Positions 39,306-48,924 of a DNA stretch of 64,000 nucleotides are shown here, in pieces. The position numbers and the translations under genes are program-made. The notes beneath the pieces were generated by a model, which was not told the DNA's origin, did not search any database, and saw only the letters and a program-made list of their open reading frames with translations. The stretch comes from a plasmid. The stretch lies in sequence record NZ_CP090684.1; one strand, 5' to 3'. Every line of letters begins with the position of its first letter. The stretch's first letter is position 1.

Positions 39306-39868
39306 CAGTAAAGCTGCTGGGTCGTTCGCCTGATCCAGTTCCTCGCGACAGCTCCATATGCGTTCAGAGCGAGTCGCCATGCAGGCGCATTCAGGGCGAA
39401 CAGCAGATAGCGGTGCGCAGTCGGGTCGATGCCTCCAGTACGTCCGATATTCATAAGCGCGTGCGCAGCGACGAGCGGCGGAACGTCGCTTTCAGCATAT
39501 TCGGCGTCGAACTGCTCCTGTGTCATCCACTGTGTTACGACGCGTCCACGTTCGACCGCAAGTACCTGCGTCGTGGCGCGCGTCTGGTGGCTGTAGCCGA
39601 AGGACAAGCGGATCGCCGGGTTCTCGTTAGCGTCCAGGTACACCGAGCTGCGCGTAGTCGGACGCGCCGGGTCGGTTCCGGTGAGCTGGCATTCGGGCGC
39701 GTCCGGTTCACGGTTGAAGGGCTCAACGGTTGGAATGATATGCGCCTTTGTCCGGACACGGTTACCCGTTTCGGCGTGTGCATAGTGGACGAATTCCAGC
39801 GTATAGGAACGTCCGGCGCGGTCGATGTCGGCGTAGTGCTCGCGGGTGATGGTGCATGGAATTTGCAT
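39305..39868 (-). CDS. hypothetical protein (187 aa)
   Basis: Protein-like composition. First gene of a small operon. No motif recognised. Confidence 0.45.
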   Translation of the reverse strand: MQIPCTITREHYADIDRAGRSYTLEFVHYAHAETGNRVRTKAHIIPTVEPFNREPDAPECQLTGTDPARPTTRSSVYLDANENPAIRLSFGYSHQTRATTQVLAVERGRVVTQWMTQEQFDAEYAESDVPPLVAAHALMNIGRTGGIDPTAHRYLLFALNAPAWRLALNAYGAVARNWIRRTTQQLY

Positions 39869-39877
39869 GATGGTCTC

Positions 39878-40078
39878 TCAATTCTCGCGGGCGTCGAGCG
39901 CGCCCTGCAGCGCGACGGCCTGGAATGCGTTCAGGCCGGCGGCGTCGATGAACGTTTCGCGGTTGAAAATCATCACCGCGTAAACGTTGGCAAGCTCGCG
40001 CGCCTCGGCGCAAAGCGTGGGGCATTCGTTCGTGCCTTCCGGGGCCGGTGACGTGCGCGCCAGATATTGATTGCGCAC
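39878..40078 (-). CDS. small protein; a better ATG plus RBS lies 40 nt upstream in the +1 frame, so possibly frameshifted
   Basis: GTG-start ORF VRNQYLARTSPAPEGTNECPTL.... An upstream ATG with GAAAGGGG Shine-Dalgarno encodes MSLTTIEQIECAINI in another frame that meets this ORF. Confidence 0.3.
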   Translation of the reverse strand: MRNQYLARTSPAPEGTNECPTLCAEARELANVYAVMIFNRETFIDAAGLNAFQAVALQGALDAREN

Positions 40079-40161
40079 TCGATCTGCTCAATAGTGGTTA
40101 GCGACATGGCTCAGCCCCTTTCTTCCGAATTTTTGATATCCAGTGGTTTCACGTCGCGCCT

Positions 40162-40671
40162 TCAAAATCCGATCTGGCTCCAGTGAGTCACCATCTGCTT
40201 GTATTCACCGCGCTTCGCCCGAAGCCAACGAAGCATTCGCGCGACTGCGGCTCGCCTCCGCGCGACTTGTCGGAGCGCATGCGGACCGCCGCAACAGAGA
40301 TCCTCCTCTTCATCGCGTTGACTGGTTGCCTCATTAAGATAGCCTGCTGCGATCGCTCGAAGCGCCGCGTTTCCCCGTGCATGAATCGCAACCAAGTCGA
40401 ACTCTTTCCAAGGATCCTCCACCTGAAAGGCACGGGCGTACTCCGCTAGGAGCGCCCCGACGAAACTCCACTTACCTCTACGCAAGTACTTGCAAGCCAA
40501 GTCGTATGCAGACGGTCGATGGCTGGCTATGCCAATCGCTTGCTCGAGCTCGAGGTACAGCATGTGCAATCCAGGATATTGAAATCGATCTGGAACGGCC
40601 CTTTTCCTGCCATACGGTTTGAACTGGAAGCTGAGGGCATCCACCGCGTCGTGGTTCTCGATATGCGTCAT
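40162..40671 (-). CDS. hypothetical protein (169 aa)
   Basis: Protein-like composition. No motif. Confidence 0.45.
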   Translation of the reverse strand: MTHIENHDAVDALSFQFKPYGRKRAVPDRFQYPGLHMLYLELEQAIGIASHRPSAYDLACKYLRRGKWSFVGALLAEYARAFQVEDPWKEFDLVAIHARGNAALRAIAAGYLNEATSQRDEEEDLCCGGPHALRQVARRRAAVARMLRWLRAKRGEYKQMVTHWSQIGF

Positions 40672-40737
40672 GGGCGACTCCTATTCATCGTTAGGTTGGA
40701 CGGCCCCGATCGCTCAGGGCACGCTTCGAGTTACCTT

Positions 40738-40938
40738 TTAGAGTGGCATCGGCGACCAAGCGCCGGGGGCGTGGCGGTACAGCGTGACGCGCTTGCGCTG
40801 GCCGTTCACCACCGTCTCCACGCGGACCGCGCGAACATCGTCTTCCTCGCGGCGCCACCGGTGCAGTACACGGATTTCCGCGTTCAGGTCACAGCCCAGA
40901 AAGAAAGCGGCGATGCGGCGAAGAAGATTCGATTTCAT
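40738..40938 (-). CDS. small basic protein (66 aa), copy 2
   Basis: Product identical to 37932..38132. Preceded by hairpin element B. Confidence 0.5.
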   Translation of the reverse strand: MKSNLLRRIAAFFLGCDLNAEIRVLHRWRREEDDVRAVRVETVVNGQRKRVTLYRHAPGAWSPMPL

Positions 40939-41325
40939 GGTTGCTCCGTGCGGTTTAAGGGTTTCAGGCTGACCGGGACCCTAGATTCCGAGTCCCCTCG
41001 TAGGGTTTGTTTCTGCCCGACCGGCAGCTGCTTCTGTGCTGCCGCCAGTCCCCTGAGTTCGTCGTCCCGGCGACAAAGGAGCCCGTAGCCGCGGCCGGAC
41101 AAGGGCGTGCCCGGAGGCCGCATGCGGAGCGCAGCCGCAGGCGAGCACCGAACGGGCGAGGACACGGCGAAGCGAACCCTTGGCCGGGCGCGGCGAAGGG
41201 CTACTGTCGCGGAAAGGGACGGCGAACTCAGGGGGCTGGCGAAGGGCGCTGCACACCGCGCGAGGGCAGAAACGCCGCGCGGCGAGCGCCCACAAGCGGC
41301 CGTAGGCCGCTTCACTTCAGGCGTT
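40939..41325 (-). repeat. leading-region hairpin element B
   Basis: ~440 bp near-identical to element A, then diverging. Followed upstream by a terminator hairpin AGGGGCTCAGCCCCT at about 41330-41352. Confidence 0.6.
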
Positions 41326-41498
41326 CGGGAGAAAGGGGCTCAGCCCCTTTCGTCCGGCGAAGCCGGGCCACGGACACGTGTGGTCCGACCACATGAGATC
41401 AGGGGCGATTTCGCCTTGGGTCCATTGCAGCGCTACGGTGCGAATTGCCGCGTTTCCACCGCAGGCGCCTCGAGATCGCTTGGCGAGCTGGAGTGCAC

Positions 41499-42110
41499 CT
41501 AGCGCACTTGATCGAGCGGTCGGCATTGCGCCAGCCTTGACCGAAAGTGCTGCTCGAAGGCTTCCGCCAATACCGGGTCATTCCATGCGATCACCACGTT
41601 CTCGCTGTTCGATTTTGCGCCCGCCGCGGTGTAGTTGATGCTTCCAGTCTGGACGCTCCGGTGGTCCAGTATCATTGCCTTGTCGTGCATTAAGCGATAT
41701 CGGTCCACGACGCATATGGCAGCACCGGCGCGCGCGAGATAGTCGAGCCCGCGGCGGATGTAGCCATCTCGATCGTTCGCGATGCTTTCGCCATAGTCAA
41801 CGGCGATTGCAACGGGGACCCCCGCTCGTGCCTTCGCTGCCAGCGCCTCGATTAGCGGCCGATACGTCATTACGTACGCCAGGACGTGAATGGAACGATG
41901 CGCCGAACCCACGCCGTACAAGACGAGATCCATCCCCTTACCGTCCGGAGAAAAAGCATATGAGGTCACACGACCCTCGGGGGCTGCGGTCGTGAGCACC
42001 GTTGCGACGCTCGCGACTGGCGAGGCAAATGCCGCCAACGCGATCGCAAGCTCGGCAATACATCCGGCGATCACTGCGGGGGCTGTCCATGACAGCAGCT
42101 TTAGTGTCAT
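41499..42110 (-). CDS. nuc: periplasmic PLD-family endonuclease (Nuc-like)
   Basis: Signal peptide MTLKLLSWTAPAVIAGCIA. HKD motif LMHDKAMILD...GSINYT (H-x-K-x4-D-x6-GSxN). ATGA coupling with the upstream gene. Confidence 0.7.
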   Translation of the reverse strand: MTLKLLSWTAPAVIAGCIAELAIALAAFASPVASVATVLTTAAPEGRVTSYAFSPDGKGMDLVLYGVGSAHRSIHVLAYVMTYRPLIEALAAKARAGVPVAIAVDYGESIANDRDGYIRRGLDYLARAGAAICVVDRYRLMHDKAMILDHRSVQTGSINYTAAGAKSNSENVVIAWNDPVLAEAFEQHFRSRLAQCRPLDQVR

Positions 42111-42580
42111 GTCCGCGCGCTCCCCGAAGTAACCGGCCGGAGCCGTGCGACCGGGGGAAACTGATTCGCCGGGATGACGCGTCCAACGCTCACGTGTGTC
42201 TGGCAGCGATCGGCCTGCGTCGTCACGTAAACCCACGTCGCCGGATCGAGCGAAAACCGCGAGGTGACGATGCCCCCCTCGGCGATCGCCAGTTGATTCG
42301 CAAGATGCTCAGTCGACGGGAGCTCCGACCAATCTCCGATCGCGTGCCGAATGACGAACTCCATCTCACGGCGATCAAGTGACGCGAGCACCGCTCGAGC
42401 GGCTGTCGACATTTTGATGCTACCGGTCTCAACGATTGGGTGAAGAGGAAGCGCCTGCGCCACCTCACCGCGACCACTGACTAGATAACAATGCCATTCC
42501 GGCAGGAGGTCTCCAACGAGGGCGCGGGCTTGCAGCTGCTGACTGCTATCGAGCTCGAAAAAATAACGGATTGTGGGCAT
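42107..42580 (-). CDS. hypothetical leading-region protein (157 aa)
   Basis: Protein-like composition. Coupled to nuc. No motif recognised. Confidence 0.45.
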   Translation of the reverse strand: MPTIRYFFELDSSQQLQARALVGDLLPEWHCYLVSGRGEVAQALPLHPIVETGSIKMSTAARAVLASLDRREMEFVIRHAIGDWSELPSTEHLANQLAIAEGGIVTSRFSLDPATWVYVTTQADRCQTHVSVGRVIPANQFPPVARLRPVTSGSART

Positions 42581-42583
42581 AGG

Positions 42584-44155
42584 TCACCGTTCAGTGGCGT
42601 TGGTCGATACAAGTTCCCTTGGCAGCATCACCCTGACCTGCTCCCGCACGGCCGCCAAACCTTCGGCGCTTGCGAGGTCATTGAAATCGGTCGGACGCCC
42701 GACGAGGGAGTTGAATACAGGCACGATCGCCTGGCATCTGAGGATCCGTGCTGCTTCGGCGGCTGAGTCGACACCTCTGTTGGACGTCGTGGACCGGACA
42801 TGCTTTCCGTCGCTCCCCGTGATCACATCAACGGTCACAGAACGAGCAACCCCGCAGCGGCATTCCACCGCAAGCCGGTACTTTCCGTGTGCGCTCGCAT
42901 GCCATTGCCCGTCCGCGATCGCATCGACGATTCTCACGGTTCGAGTCGCGTCCCGGGGTCCCGCGTTGACCTTGAAAGAGCATTCGGTCTCAGGCGCCAC
43001 GCTACCTAGTTCGGCAATCCGCGTGACGGCTGTCTCAAGAAAAAACTGGTCGTTGTCGGCGCAAACGAGCTTCGGTTGCCGCCGCGGCAGGACGTGCACG
43101 AGGTCTTTCGCAACCGCAACGAGGTTGCCTGCGTCGAAGCACACAACCACCGGTAGGCCCGTCGCTTCGTAAATCGACGCTCCCGTTGCGTACCCTTCCG
43201 AGAGCAGCACCGCCGGCGCGCTTACGAGGTCAGCGACACGTCGCGCGCCGATCAGGTGAAAGGCACCGGTCTTTCGCGCTCCCTTCGTGAATAGCTTGCT
43301 TCCGTCGGGACCGAGCGCCTGGACAGTTCGCAGCCGGTCTTGAATATCCCGTCCGGGAGCGATCAAGTATTCGTCGGATGTCGACTTGAAGTGCTCCAGG
43401 TTCAGCAGGGTAATCATGTCCATACCCCGGCCGCTCGCAATCCGGAGACCGTGCGCGGCTACCCCTTTGCGGGCCAAATACGGGTGCGCGTCACATTCGA
43501 CTTCCGGCAGGGTCACGAGCACCTTTAATGCCCTCGCCGCTATCTCGCGCTGCTCCTCGATCACCTTTGCAGCGCGCGCCGCACGGCGATCGCTATCGGC
43601 CGCCTCGAGTGCGGCGCGTTGCTCGCGTGTCAGGCGTCCCTTCTGAAAGCGCCACGGGCCAGATGCCCCCTTAAAATTTCGGATGTAACCCCGCCACTCC
43701 CCACCAACACGCTCGAGCTTGTAGCTTCCGCTGTTGCGTGGTCCGGCCGGCGTTTCGACTTTGGCCGTATGCCAGGCTCCATCCGCACGTACGGTGTCGG
43801 GGATAAGCCCAAAGGTACGCATCGCGAGGCTGAAGTCCGCGATCGCTTCCTCTGGGTCAATGCCGGCATTCGCAAGCACGGTCTCATCGACGATCCACTC
43901 GGCAAAAGGCGTCCGATCCATCGACGCGTCGATCCAGCAAAGGCGCCGATCGTAATCGAGATGCGCCCCGAGAGACCGAGCCTTCGGAATGTCTCTGGGG
44001 GGTACCGCAAGGTAAATTCGCTGCGCTTGCGATGCGTTGGACTTGATGTTTCCTTGCTGCCGTGACGATTTTCCCTGCGGAACTGAGGCGAGAAAGCGCT
44101 CAACGGCCCTGGCCTGCCCACTAGTCGAACGTTTTGCCATGGTTGTGCTGTACAT
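42584..44155 (-). CDS. Toprim-domain primase-like protein
   Basis: Toprim signatures LLSEGYATGASI (conserved Glu) and VCADNDQF (DxD). N-terminal region LYLAVPPRDIPKARSLGAHLDYDRRLCWIDA. Confidence 0.55.
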   Translation of the reverse strand: MYSTTMAKRSTSGQARAVERFLASVPQGKSSRQQGNIKSNASQAQRIYLAVPPRDIPKARSLGAHLDYDRRLCWIDASMDRTPFAEWIVDETVLANAGIDPEEAIADFSLAMRTFGLIPDTVRADGAWHTAKVETPAGPRNSGSYKLERVGGEWRGYIRNFKGASGPWRFQKGRLTREQRAALEAADSDRRAARAAKVIEEQREIAARALKVLVTLPEVECDAHPYLARKGVAAHGLRIASGRGMDMITLLNLEHFKSTSDEYLIAPGRDIQDRLRTVQALGPDGSKLFTKGARKTGAFHLIGARRVADLVSAPAVLLSEGYATGASIYEATGLPVVVCFDAGNLVAVAKDLVHVLPRRQPKLVCADNDQFFLETAVTRIAELGSVAPETECSFKVNAGPRDATRTVRIVDAIADGQWHASAHGKYRLAVECRCGVARSVTVDVITGSDGKHVRSTTSNRGVDSAAEAARILRCQAIVPVFNSLVGRPTDFNDLASAEGLAAVREQVRVMLPRELVSTNATER

Positions 44156-44645
44156 GAGACACCTCCTTTCTCAGAGGCGGATCGCGTCGAGCGGCAGGCA
44201 GCCGACCACAACGGTCAGCGCCGCTGCATGAAATTCTTTGCTTATCCCCTGCCCCGAAACCTTCCCGTTGCGTACCATCGCGTTCTCCGTTGGTTTTGAG
44301 CCGACCGGAACCCAAGATTCTGAGTCCCGGCGTACCGGCCGAGTCGACGCAGCGCTACCCGCAGCTGCTGCCGCCGTTCCCCTGAGTTCCTCGTCCCGCG
44401 AACTAGTCAGGTGAGGTGACCCGTCGGTCAAGGGGGCAAGCGAGGGGATAGGGGCGGGCAGTCGCGTAGCGACAACACGGCCCCGAGCGCCTTGACCGAC
44501 GGGCCGCCGAACCTACGGTCGCGCGCAAGGACGAGGACAAAGGGGGGGACGGAGCTGCAGGGCAGGAATACCGGAGGCTCGGCGCCGCGCGGCGAGCGCC
44601 CATCGCGCGAAGCGCGACGCGACAGCGCGTCCGGATGGACGAAGA
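44156..44645 (-). repeat. leading-region hairpin element C
   Basis: Core GCCGACCGGAACCCAAGATTCTGAGTCCCGGCG, GCTGCCGCCGTTCCCCTGAGTTCCTCGTCCCGCGA, GTCAAGGGGG...CCTTGAC inner inverted repeat, and distal GCCGCGCGGCGAGCGCCC. Confidence 0.55.
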
Positions 44646-44650
44646 GCGAA

Positions 44651-44676
44651 GCGAAAAAAAAGCCCCGCTGGTGCGG
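44651..44676 (-). terminator. rho-independent terminator
   Basis: GCCCCGCTGGTGCGGGGC hairpin. On the minus strand it is followed by T8. Confidence 0.55.
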
Positions 44677-44957
44677 GGCAAAACATGCTGCTTCCGAGGG
44701 CACGGCACGAGCAAACCGCAGCATGCTAAGAGCAGGAAAGAGCGAAGGTGAGCCTTTCCGGGAGCGCAGCGAGCGGCCGGCGAGGCGCTGGCAGCCCCGC
44801 CCGAAGGGCGCGGGGCGAGACTCCGCAGGAGGCTCGACGCTTAGGCCGCGCATCGCGCGGACGTAGCGCAACATAGCCGGTCTTTGCGGAGCAAAGACGC
44901 CCCAAGTGAATTCTTCGCATACCTCCTCAATTCGGTTACGTAAGCCAAGAGTGGCGT

Positions 44958-45524
44958 TCAATTTGCAACTCGCCGCTTCCGTTTCAAAATAAGAAACCGT
45001 ACACCTAGGCACACGAACAGGCCGCCCAGCAACAGCACACACATCGCCGCGTATCCAACTAGCACCCTTTTGACGAGATACCAATCGCGAGCTGCAGCGG
45101 TACAGCCCACAACCTCGCGGAAATCCGTCAGATCCTCCAGTGAGGGCACCACCCAACCAACTAAAGAAGCAAAGTGCGGAGCGAGTATCCATAGCAGTGC
45201 ACCAGCAGTCGCGATTGCGACGATATACGCGAAGAATGCGATCGCCCGACGCCGAAAAGACCACGATGTATCTGGCTGCTCGAGAGCCAGTTGGATGTGG
45301 TATCGGTCGGCGAGCTTAACGCTCGCGAATTCTTCCTCTATCGAACGACGCACGTCCGGCACCACCACACCATCCGATTCTGAGGAACGACTCGATGAAT
45401 CCCAGGCTCGCGATGGATATATGGTCGCCCCGGTCGCCGTGCGTAGTGCGTCGCGAAGGCGACCGGCACTGCGCACGGCGACGTGTTCCGGGGTGACGTG
45501 CTCATTCTGATTGGTCTCTCTCAC
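44958..45524 (-). CDS. two-TM membrane protein (188 aa, GTG start)
   Basis: Two hydrophobic helices in the C-terminal half. sigma70-like promoter upstream. Confidence 0.4.
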   Translation of the reverse strand: MRETNQNEHVTPEHVAVRSAGRLRDALRTATGATIYPSRAWDSSSRSSESDGVVVPDVRRSIEEEFASVKLADRYHIQLALEQPDTSWSFRRRAIAFFAYIVAIATAGALLWILAPHFASLVGWVVPSLEDLTDFREVVGCTAAARDWYLVKRVLVGYAAMCVLLLGGLFVCLGVRFLILKRKRRVAN

Positions 45525-45560
45525 GCATTAATTTCGTCCCGCTGGCGGGACGGTGGATAA

Positions 45561-45589
45561 ATTTTAATCACCTTTGCACATGATTGCAA
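45561..45589 (-). promoter_or_regulatory. sigma70-type promoter TTGCAA-N17-TAAAAT
   Basis: On the minus strand, TTGCAATCATGTGCAAAGGTGATTAAAAT sits ~40 nt upstream of the GTG start. A TTATCCACC DnaA-box-like sequence lies just downstream. Confidence 0.5.
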
Positions 45590-45767
45590 TTGATATGTAT
45601 GGAGCGGTTCACGCCCGAGGGAGGGGGATCCAAGGGGGAACCGGGTCGGGGTTCCCCCTTGGTCGGCGTCCGCCGATATCCCGCTCGGCGCACGGCCCGG
45701 ACGATTTAGCGCCGCCAGGCGCGTTGAGGAAGGCGCCGTGCGACGCTGGATGGCGCGAGGTAGTGCA

Positions 45768-45798
45768 CAAAAAAAAACCCCGTCACCGACGGGGCAAA
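45768..45798 (-). terminator. rho-independent terminator after the ParB-like gene
   Basis: CCCCGTCACCGACGGGG hairpin. On the minus strand it is followed by T9-T10. Confidence 0.6.
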
Positions 45799-45826
45799 TT
45801 TGCGACTGCTCAGAGATATCGTTGAA

Positions 45827-48082
45827 TTAAGCCGCCGGCCGGCTTCCAGCGAGCACGTTCGGCGTCGGCGTCGCAAACGGCCACGGGAATCGCGCCGATT
45901 GAGTGACTCGGCCTCCCGCAAATTCCGTCGGCGCGACGTCGGCTGGCTTCACGCCGGTCTCAGCACCGTCCGGACTATCCGAGACCGTGTCAGGTTGCGC
46001 CGGTTCATCACCCAGCACTTCCTCGTGGGCTCCGAGATTGTCCGCCGTCGCGAGCTCGCCGTCCGCATCCTCCTGCTCATTACCGTCATCGCCGAAATAG
46101 GTTCGCGCGGTACGGACTTCGGCAGCAGCCATGAATTCGGGAAGCCAGTTCTTGTCGGCAAGCAGTTTTTCCGCTTCCTGCGCCGCCTCTGCCTTCTTCA
46201 TTTTCCCCAACCTCGCCCCATGCTCCTTCGAAATGACGTCACTCACGATCGCAACGATTCGATCCTTCGAGACATGATTAAGGTACGACTCGCAGGTGGG
46301 CTTCCAGTACTTCGTGAGGTCAAGTTCCAGAGCGCCGGCGAGCGCATTGATAGCATTCGGTTCTTCCGTGCGGCTCACACCATTCAGACTCAGAGCCGTG
46401 CAAACGGCGAGAATGTTCAGGACTACCGCTTGCGGCTGTTCGAGCAACCATCCGAACAGTTCGTTCGGGTTTTTCGGAATCATGCGAGTGACCGCCAGCA
46501 CCGACCGTGCAAGCTGGTCGTACTGGGGCAACTCCTTGATGCCGGGCACAGCTCGATCCGCGCTGTACATCGGCTGCTGTTCCTTGATCTGCACAGCACT
46601 GAGGTCGCTATAGTGCTCATAGACGAACTCCAGCAACAGTCGGTGTGCGACAGCGACGAGCGCAACGCCGGGGTTCGCAACAAGCGCGGTTTGAACCGCT
46701 GCCGTGCGGTGCGACGTCAGATTGAGCAGCAGTTTCTCCGAATGCAGCCCCTTAACCTTCTTGGTCAGGCTACGCGGGACCGACTGACCTGCCTCTTCCA
46801 TCATCGCACGCGCTTGCGCCCGATTCTCGCGACGCACCAAGCCGCGCACGATTTCAAGTGCTCCGTCGTAGCCGACCGTGACGATCGCCCCGCTCACTTT
46901 CATCTGCTCCGAGGTGAACTCTCCGTCGCGGTCGTCCATTTCCTGCATGATCGCGTAAAGCTGATTGCACTCGCCGTCCAGCTTTTCCCGGTCCTCGTCG
47001 CTGAGGTACGCAGCATCGCCCACTTCGGCATCGTAGCTTGCCTCGATTTTCTCGCTGAGTTCGTCGGCCCGCATTTGAGCTTCTTCGTATTTTGCCTTTT
47101 CGTCGCTAGTGAGCGGAACCGGAGTGGAATAAAGTTGCGTAAACTGGTTGCGGTCGTCATAGTCGAAGGTCGGTCGGGCTTCAACCCAATTCCAGCCTTC
47201 GGCCTTGATCGATTCGACCGTGCAGGCGATTTTCTCATCGAACAATCGAGCCAGCAGCTCACGATTGACGATGAAACCGTCATCTTGCTCCGCGAACAGG
47301 TCGCGCTCCACCTCTCCCCCGGCTGCTTCGTATGCGGCGACAGTCACGAATCGCACCATCCGGTCCCCGAACGACAGTTTCTCGCCTTTCAGCACATTGC
47401 GCAGTGCGTTAGGGCTCTGGTTCCAGTGTCCCTTTGCACCGAACCACGCCGCTTCCTGTCGCTCGTGGTTGTCGGTGATGGCAAGCGCCTTGATCTGTTC
47501 GAGGCTGATGACGTCCGCAGCAAACAGTTCAAAGAGCTTCGGGGAAACGTTCGCGAGCTTCAATCGACCGGCGACGACCTTCGGACTGACATTGAAGACT
47601 GCCGCAATGAACTCAGGGCTTCGGCCCTCGTCTGCAAGCGCCTTGTAGGCAGCGAATTGGTCTGCAGGGTGCGGGGGTACGTGCAAGTCATTTTCTGACG
47701 CACTAGCAAGGATCGCCTGCGCCTCCGAAATCTCGATGCAACGCACTTCATCGTCCATCGACATGTAGCCGCGCTCGACGTTGAACAGGAACGCTTGACG
47801 GCGCGTTTCCCCCGCGTCGACGCCCCACTCCTGCGCCTTCTTCGCCCTCTGCGGCATTTTATGCACAACGAGGTTCTGTAGTTGACCGACAGCAAGCATG
47901 TTGTCTGCGATTGCCACAATGGTCGCTTGATCGCGCTTCTTCTTACGCTGGTTATACGGCGAAGCGACCAGCCGTTTCAACGGAATCATCACTTCCCGTT
48001 GCCCTGCGCGAAGCATGTTCGGCATGTCGGCGGGCAGTGCATCGGCGTTCACGTTGGCGTCTTGTGCAATCACGGTTTTCAT
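45827..48082 (-). CDS. ParB/Srx-fold (ParB-like nuclease domain) protein, 751 aa
   Basis: N-terminal ParB-like block PLKRLVASPYNQRK...IADNMLAVGQLQNLVV. GAGGAA Shine-Dalgarno before the ATG at 48082. Long acidic C-terminus. Confidence 0.65.
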   Translation of the reverse strand: MKTVIAQDANVNADALPADMPNMLRAGQREVMIPLKRLVASPYNQRKKKRDQATIVAIADNMLAVGQLQNLVVHKMPQRAKKAQEWGVDAGETRRQAFLFNVERGYMSMDDEVRCIEISEAQAILASASENDLHVPPHPADQFAAYKALADEGRSPEFIAAVFNVSPKVVAGRLKLANVSPKLFELFAADVISLEQIKALAITDNHERQEAAWFGAKGHWNQSPNALRNVLKGEKLSFGDRMVRFVTVAAYEAAGGEVERDLFAEQDDGFIVNRELLARLFDEKIACTVESIKAEGWNWVEARPTFDYDDRNQFTQLYSTPVPLTSDEKAKYEEAQMRADELSEKIEASYDAEVGDAAYLSDEDREKLDGECNQLYAIMQEMDDRDGEFTSEQMKVSGAIVTVGYDGALEIVRGLVRRENRAQARAMMEEAGQSVPRSLTKKVKGLHSEKLLLNLTSHRTAAVQTALVANPGVALVAVAHRLLLEFVYEHYSDLSAVQIKEQQPMYSADRAVPGIKELPQYDQLARSVLAVTRMIPKNPNELFGWLLEQPQAVVLNILAVCTALSLNGVSRTEEPNAINALAGALELDLTKYWKPTCESYLNHVSKDRIVAIVSDVISKEHGARLGKMKKAEAAQEAEKLLADKNWLPEFMAAAEVRTARTYFGDDGNEQEDADGELATADNLGAHEEVLGDEPAQPDTVSDSPDGAETGVKPADVAPTEFAGGRVTQSARFPWPFATPTPNVLAGSRPAA

Positions 48083-48760
48083 AGCATTCCTCAAAATTAA
48101 CATTGAAGTTGTGACGGGACCGCCGGGCCCCAAGATTCTGAGTCCCGGCGTAAGCCGTTCTGTCGAGTCGGCGGGCCGCGCTCCGCAGCTGCCGCCGTTC
48201 CCCTGAGTTCGTCGTCCCGCGACGATCGGAGCGAGGACCAGTGCATCGTCAAGGGGTGACGCGCGGGTCGGTGCGGGAGGGAGCGCAGCGACTGACACGG
48301 TCCCGCGCGCCCTTGACGTTGCGCTGGCCGCAGCTACAGTCGCGGAGGTGGACGGCGAACGAGGGGGACGGAGATGAAGGCAGCACCCGTACCACGACGA
48401 GCCAGAACGCCCCGCGCGGCGAGCGCGCTATCCGAGCGGCGCGACGTCAGGAGCGCCGAGAGGCTGGAGGGATGGCCCGCGCCGGGGCAAGTCCGCGGGA
48501 CGCGGCGCAGCCCCAAGAGCGGAAGTGTTTGGTCTCCGGGCCGCCGCGTGCGCGGCTTGCGTGTCGGCCGGTAGTGCCGGCCGGCGCGCAAGGTGCGGCG
48601 GCCCGGCTGGCTTCCGGGCCCAGGTCCACCGTCAGTGCAGCGTCGGTAGGTCCGCGCCTTCTTCCGTTCCCACGCCCCACGAGAATTCGGCCAATACGTA
48701 TGGGGCGAGCGTCGCGCTCGCCCAACGATAGTTACGCGCTTTGCTCAGTGCGATCTCGGT
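48083..48760 (-). repeat. leading-region hairpin element D
   Basis: Core GCCGGGCCCCAAGATTCTGAGTCCCGGCG. Arms CCGTTCCCCTGAGTTCGTCGTCCCGCGACG / CGTCGCGGAGGTGGACGGCGAACGAGGGGGACGG. Inner GTCAAGGGGTGACGCGCGGG / CCCGCGCGCCCTTGAC. ~85-90% identical to element E over ~500 bp. Confidence 0.6.
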
Positions 48761-48923
48761 TCTGCACGTGTTTCGTGATCGCGCGTCGCGCGCTAACTAA
48801 TGTCCTGCGGCGCTCTAGATCGAAACCTCCATCATTCCGCATGATCTGTGTTTGGACTGTCTCAACTCCCCGCTCGATCGAGACATGGATGAAATGCCCC
48901 TTGTAGCCAATGGTGTGAAACAT
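48732..48923 (-). CDS. hypothetical small protein (63 aa)
   Basis: Met at MFHTIGYKGHFIHV. Protein-like composition. Overlaps the distal end of element D. Confidence 0.25.
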   Translation of the reverse strand: MFHTIGYKGHFIHVSIERGVETVQTQIMRNDGGFDLERRRTLVSARRAITKHVQNRDRTEQSA

Positions 48924-48924
48924 A

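Noticed and set aside
44428-45264. 278-aa ORF and similar long ORFs inside the hairpin elements (48241..48906, 48447..48725, 49583..50089, 51532..52254, 53955..54281)
   Set aside because: Lie entirely within the repeated GC-rich hairpin elements. Products are Arg/Gly/Pro-rich. Different copies of the same DNA are read in different frames and strands, so the DNA rather than a protein is conserved.
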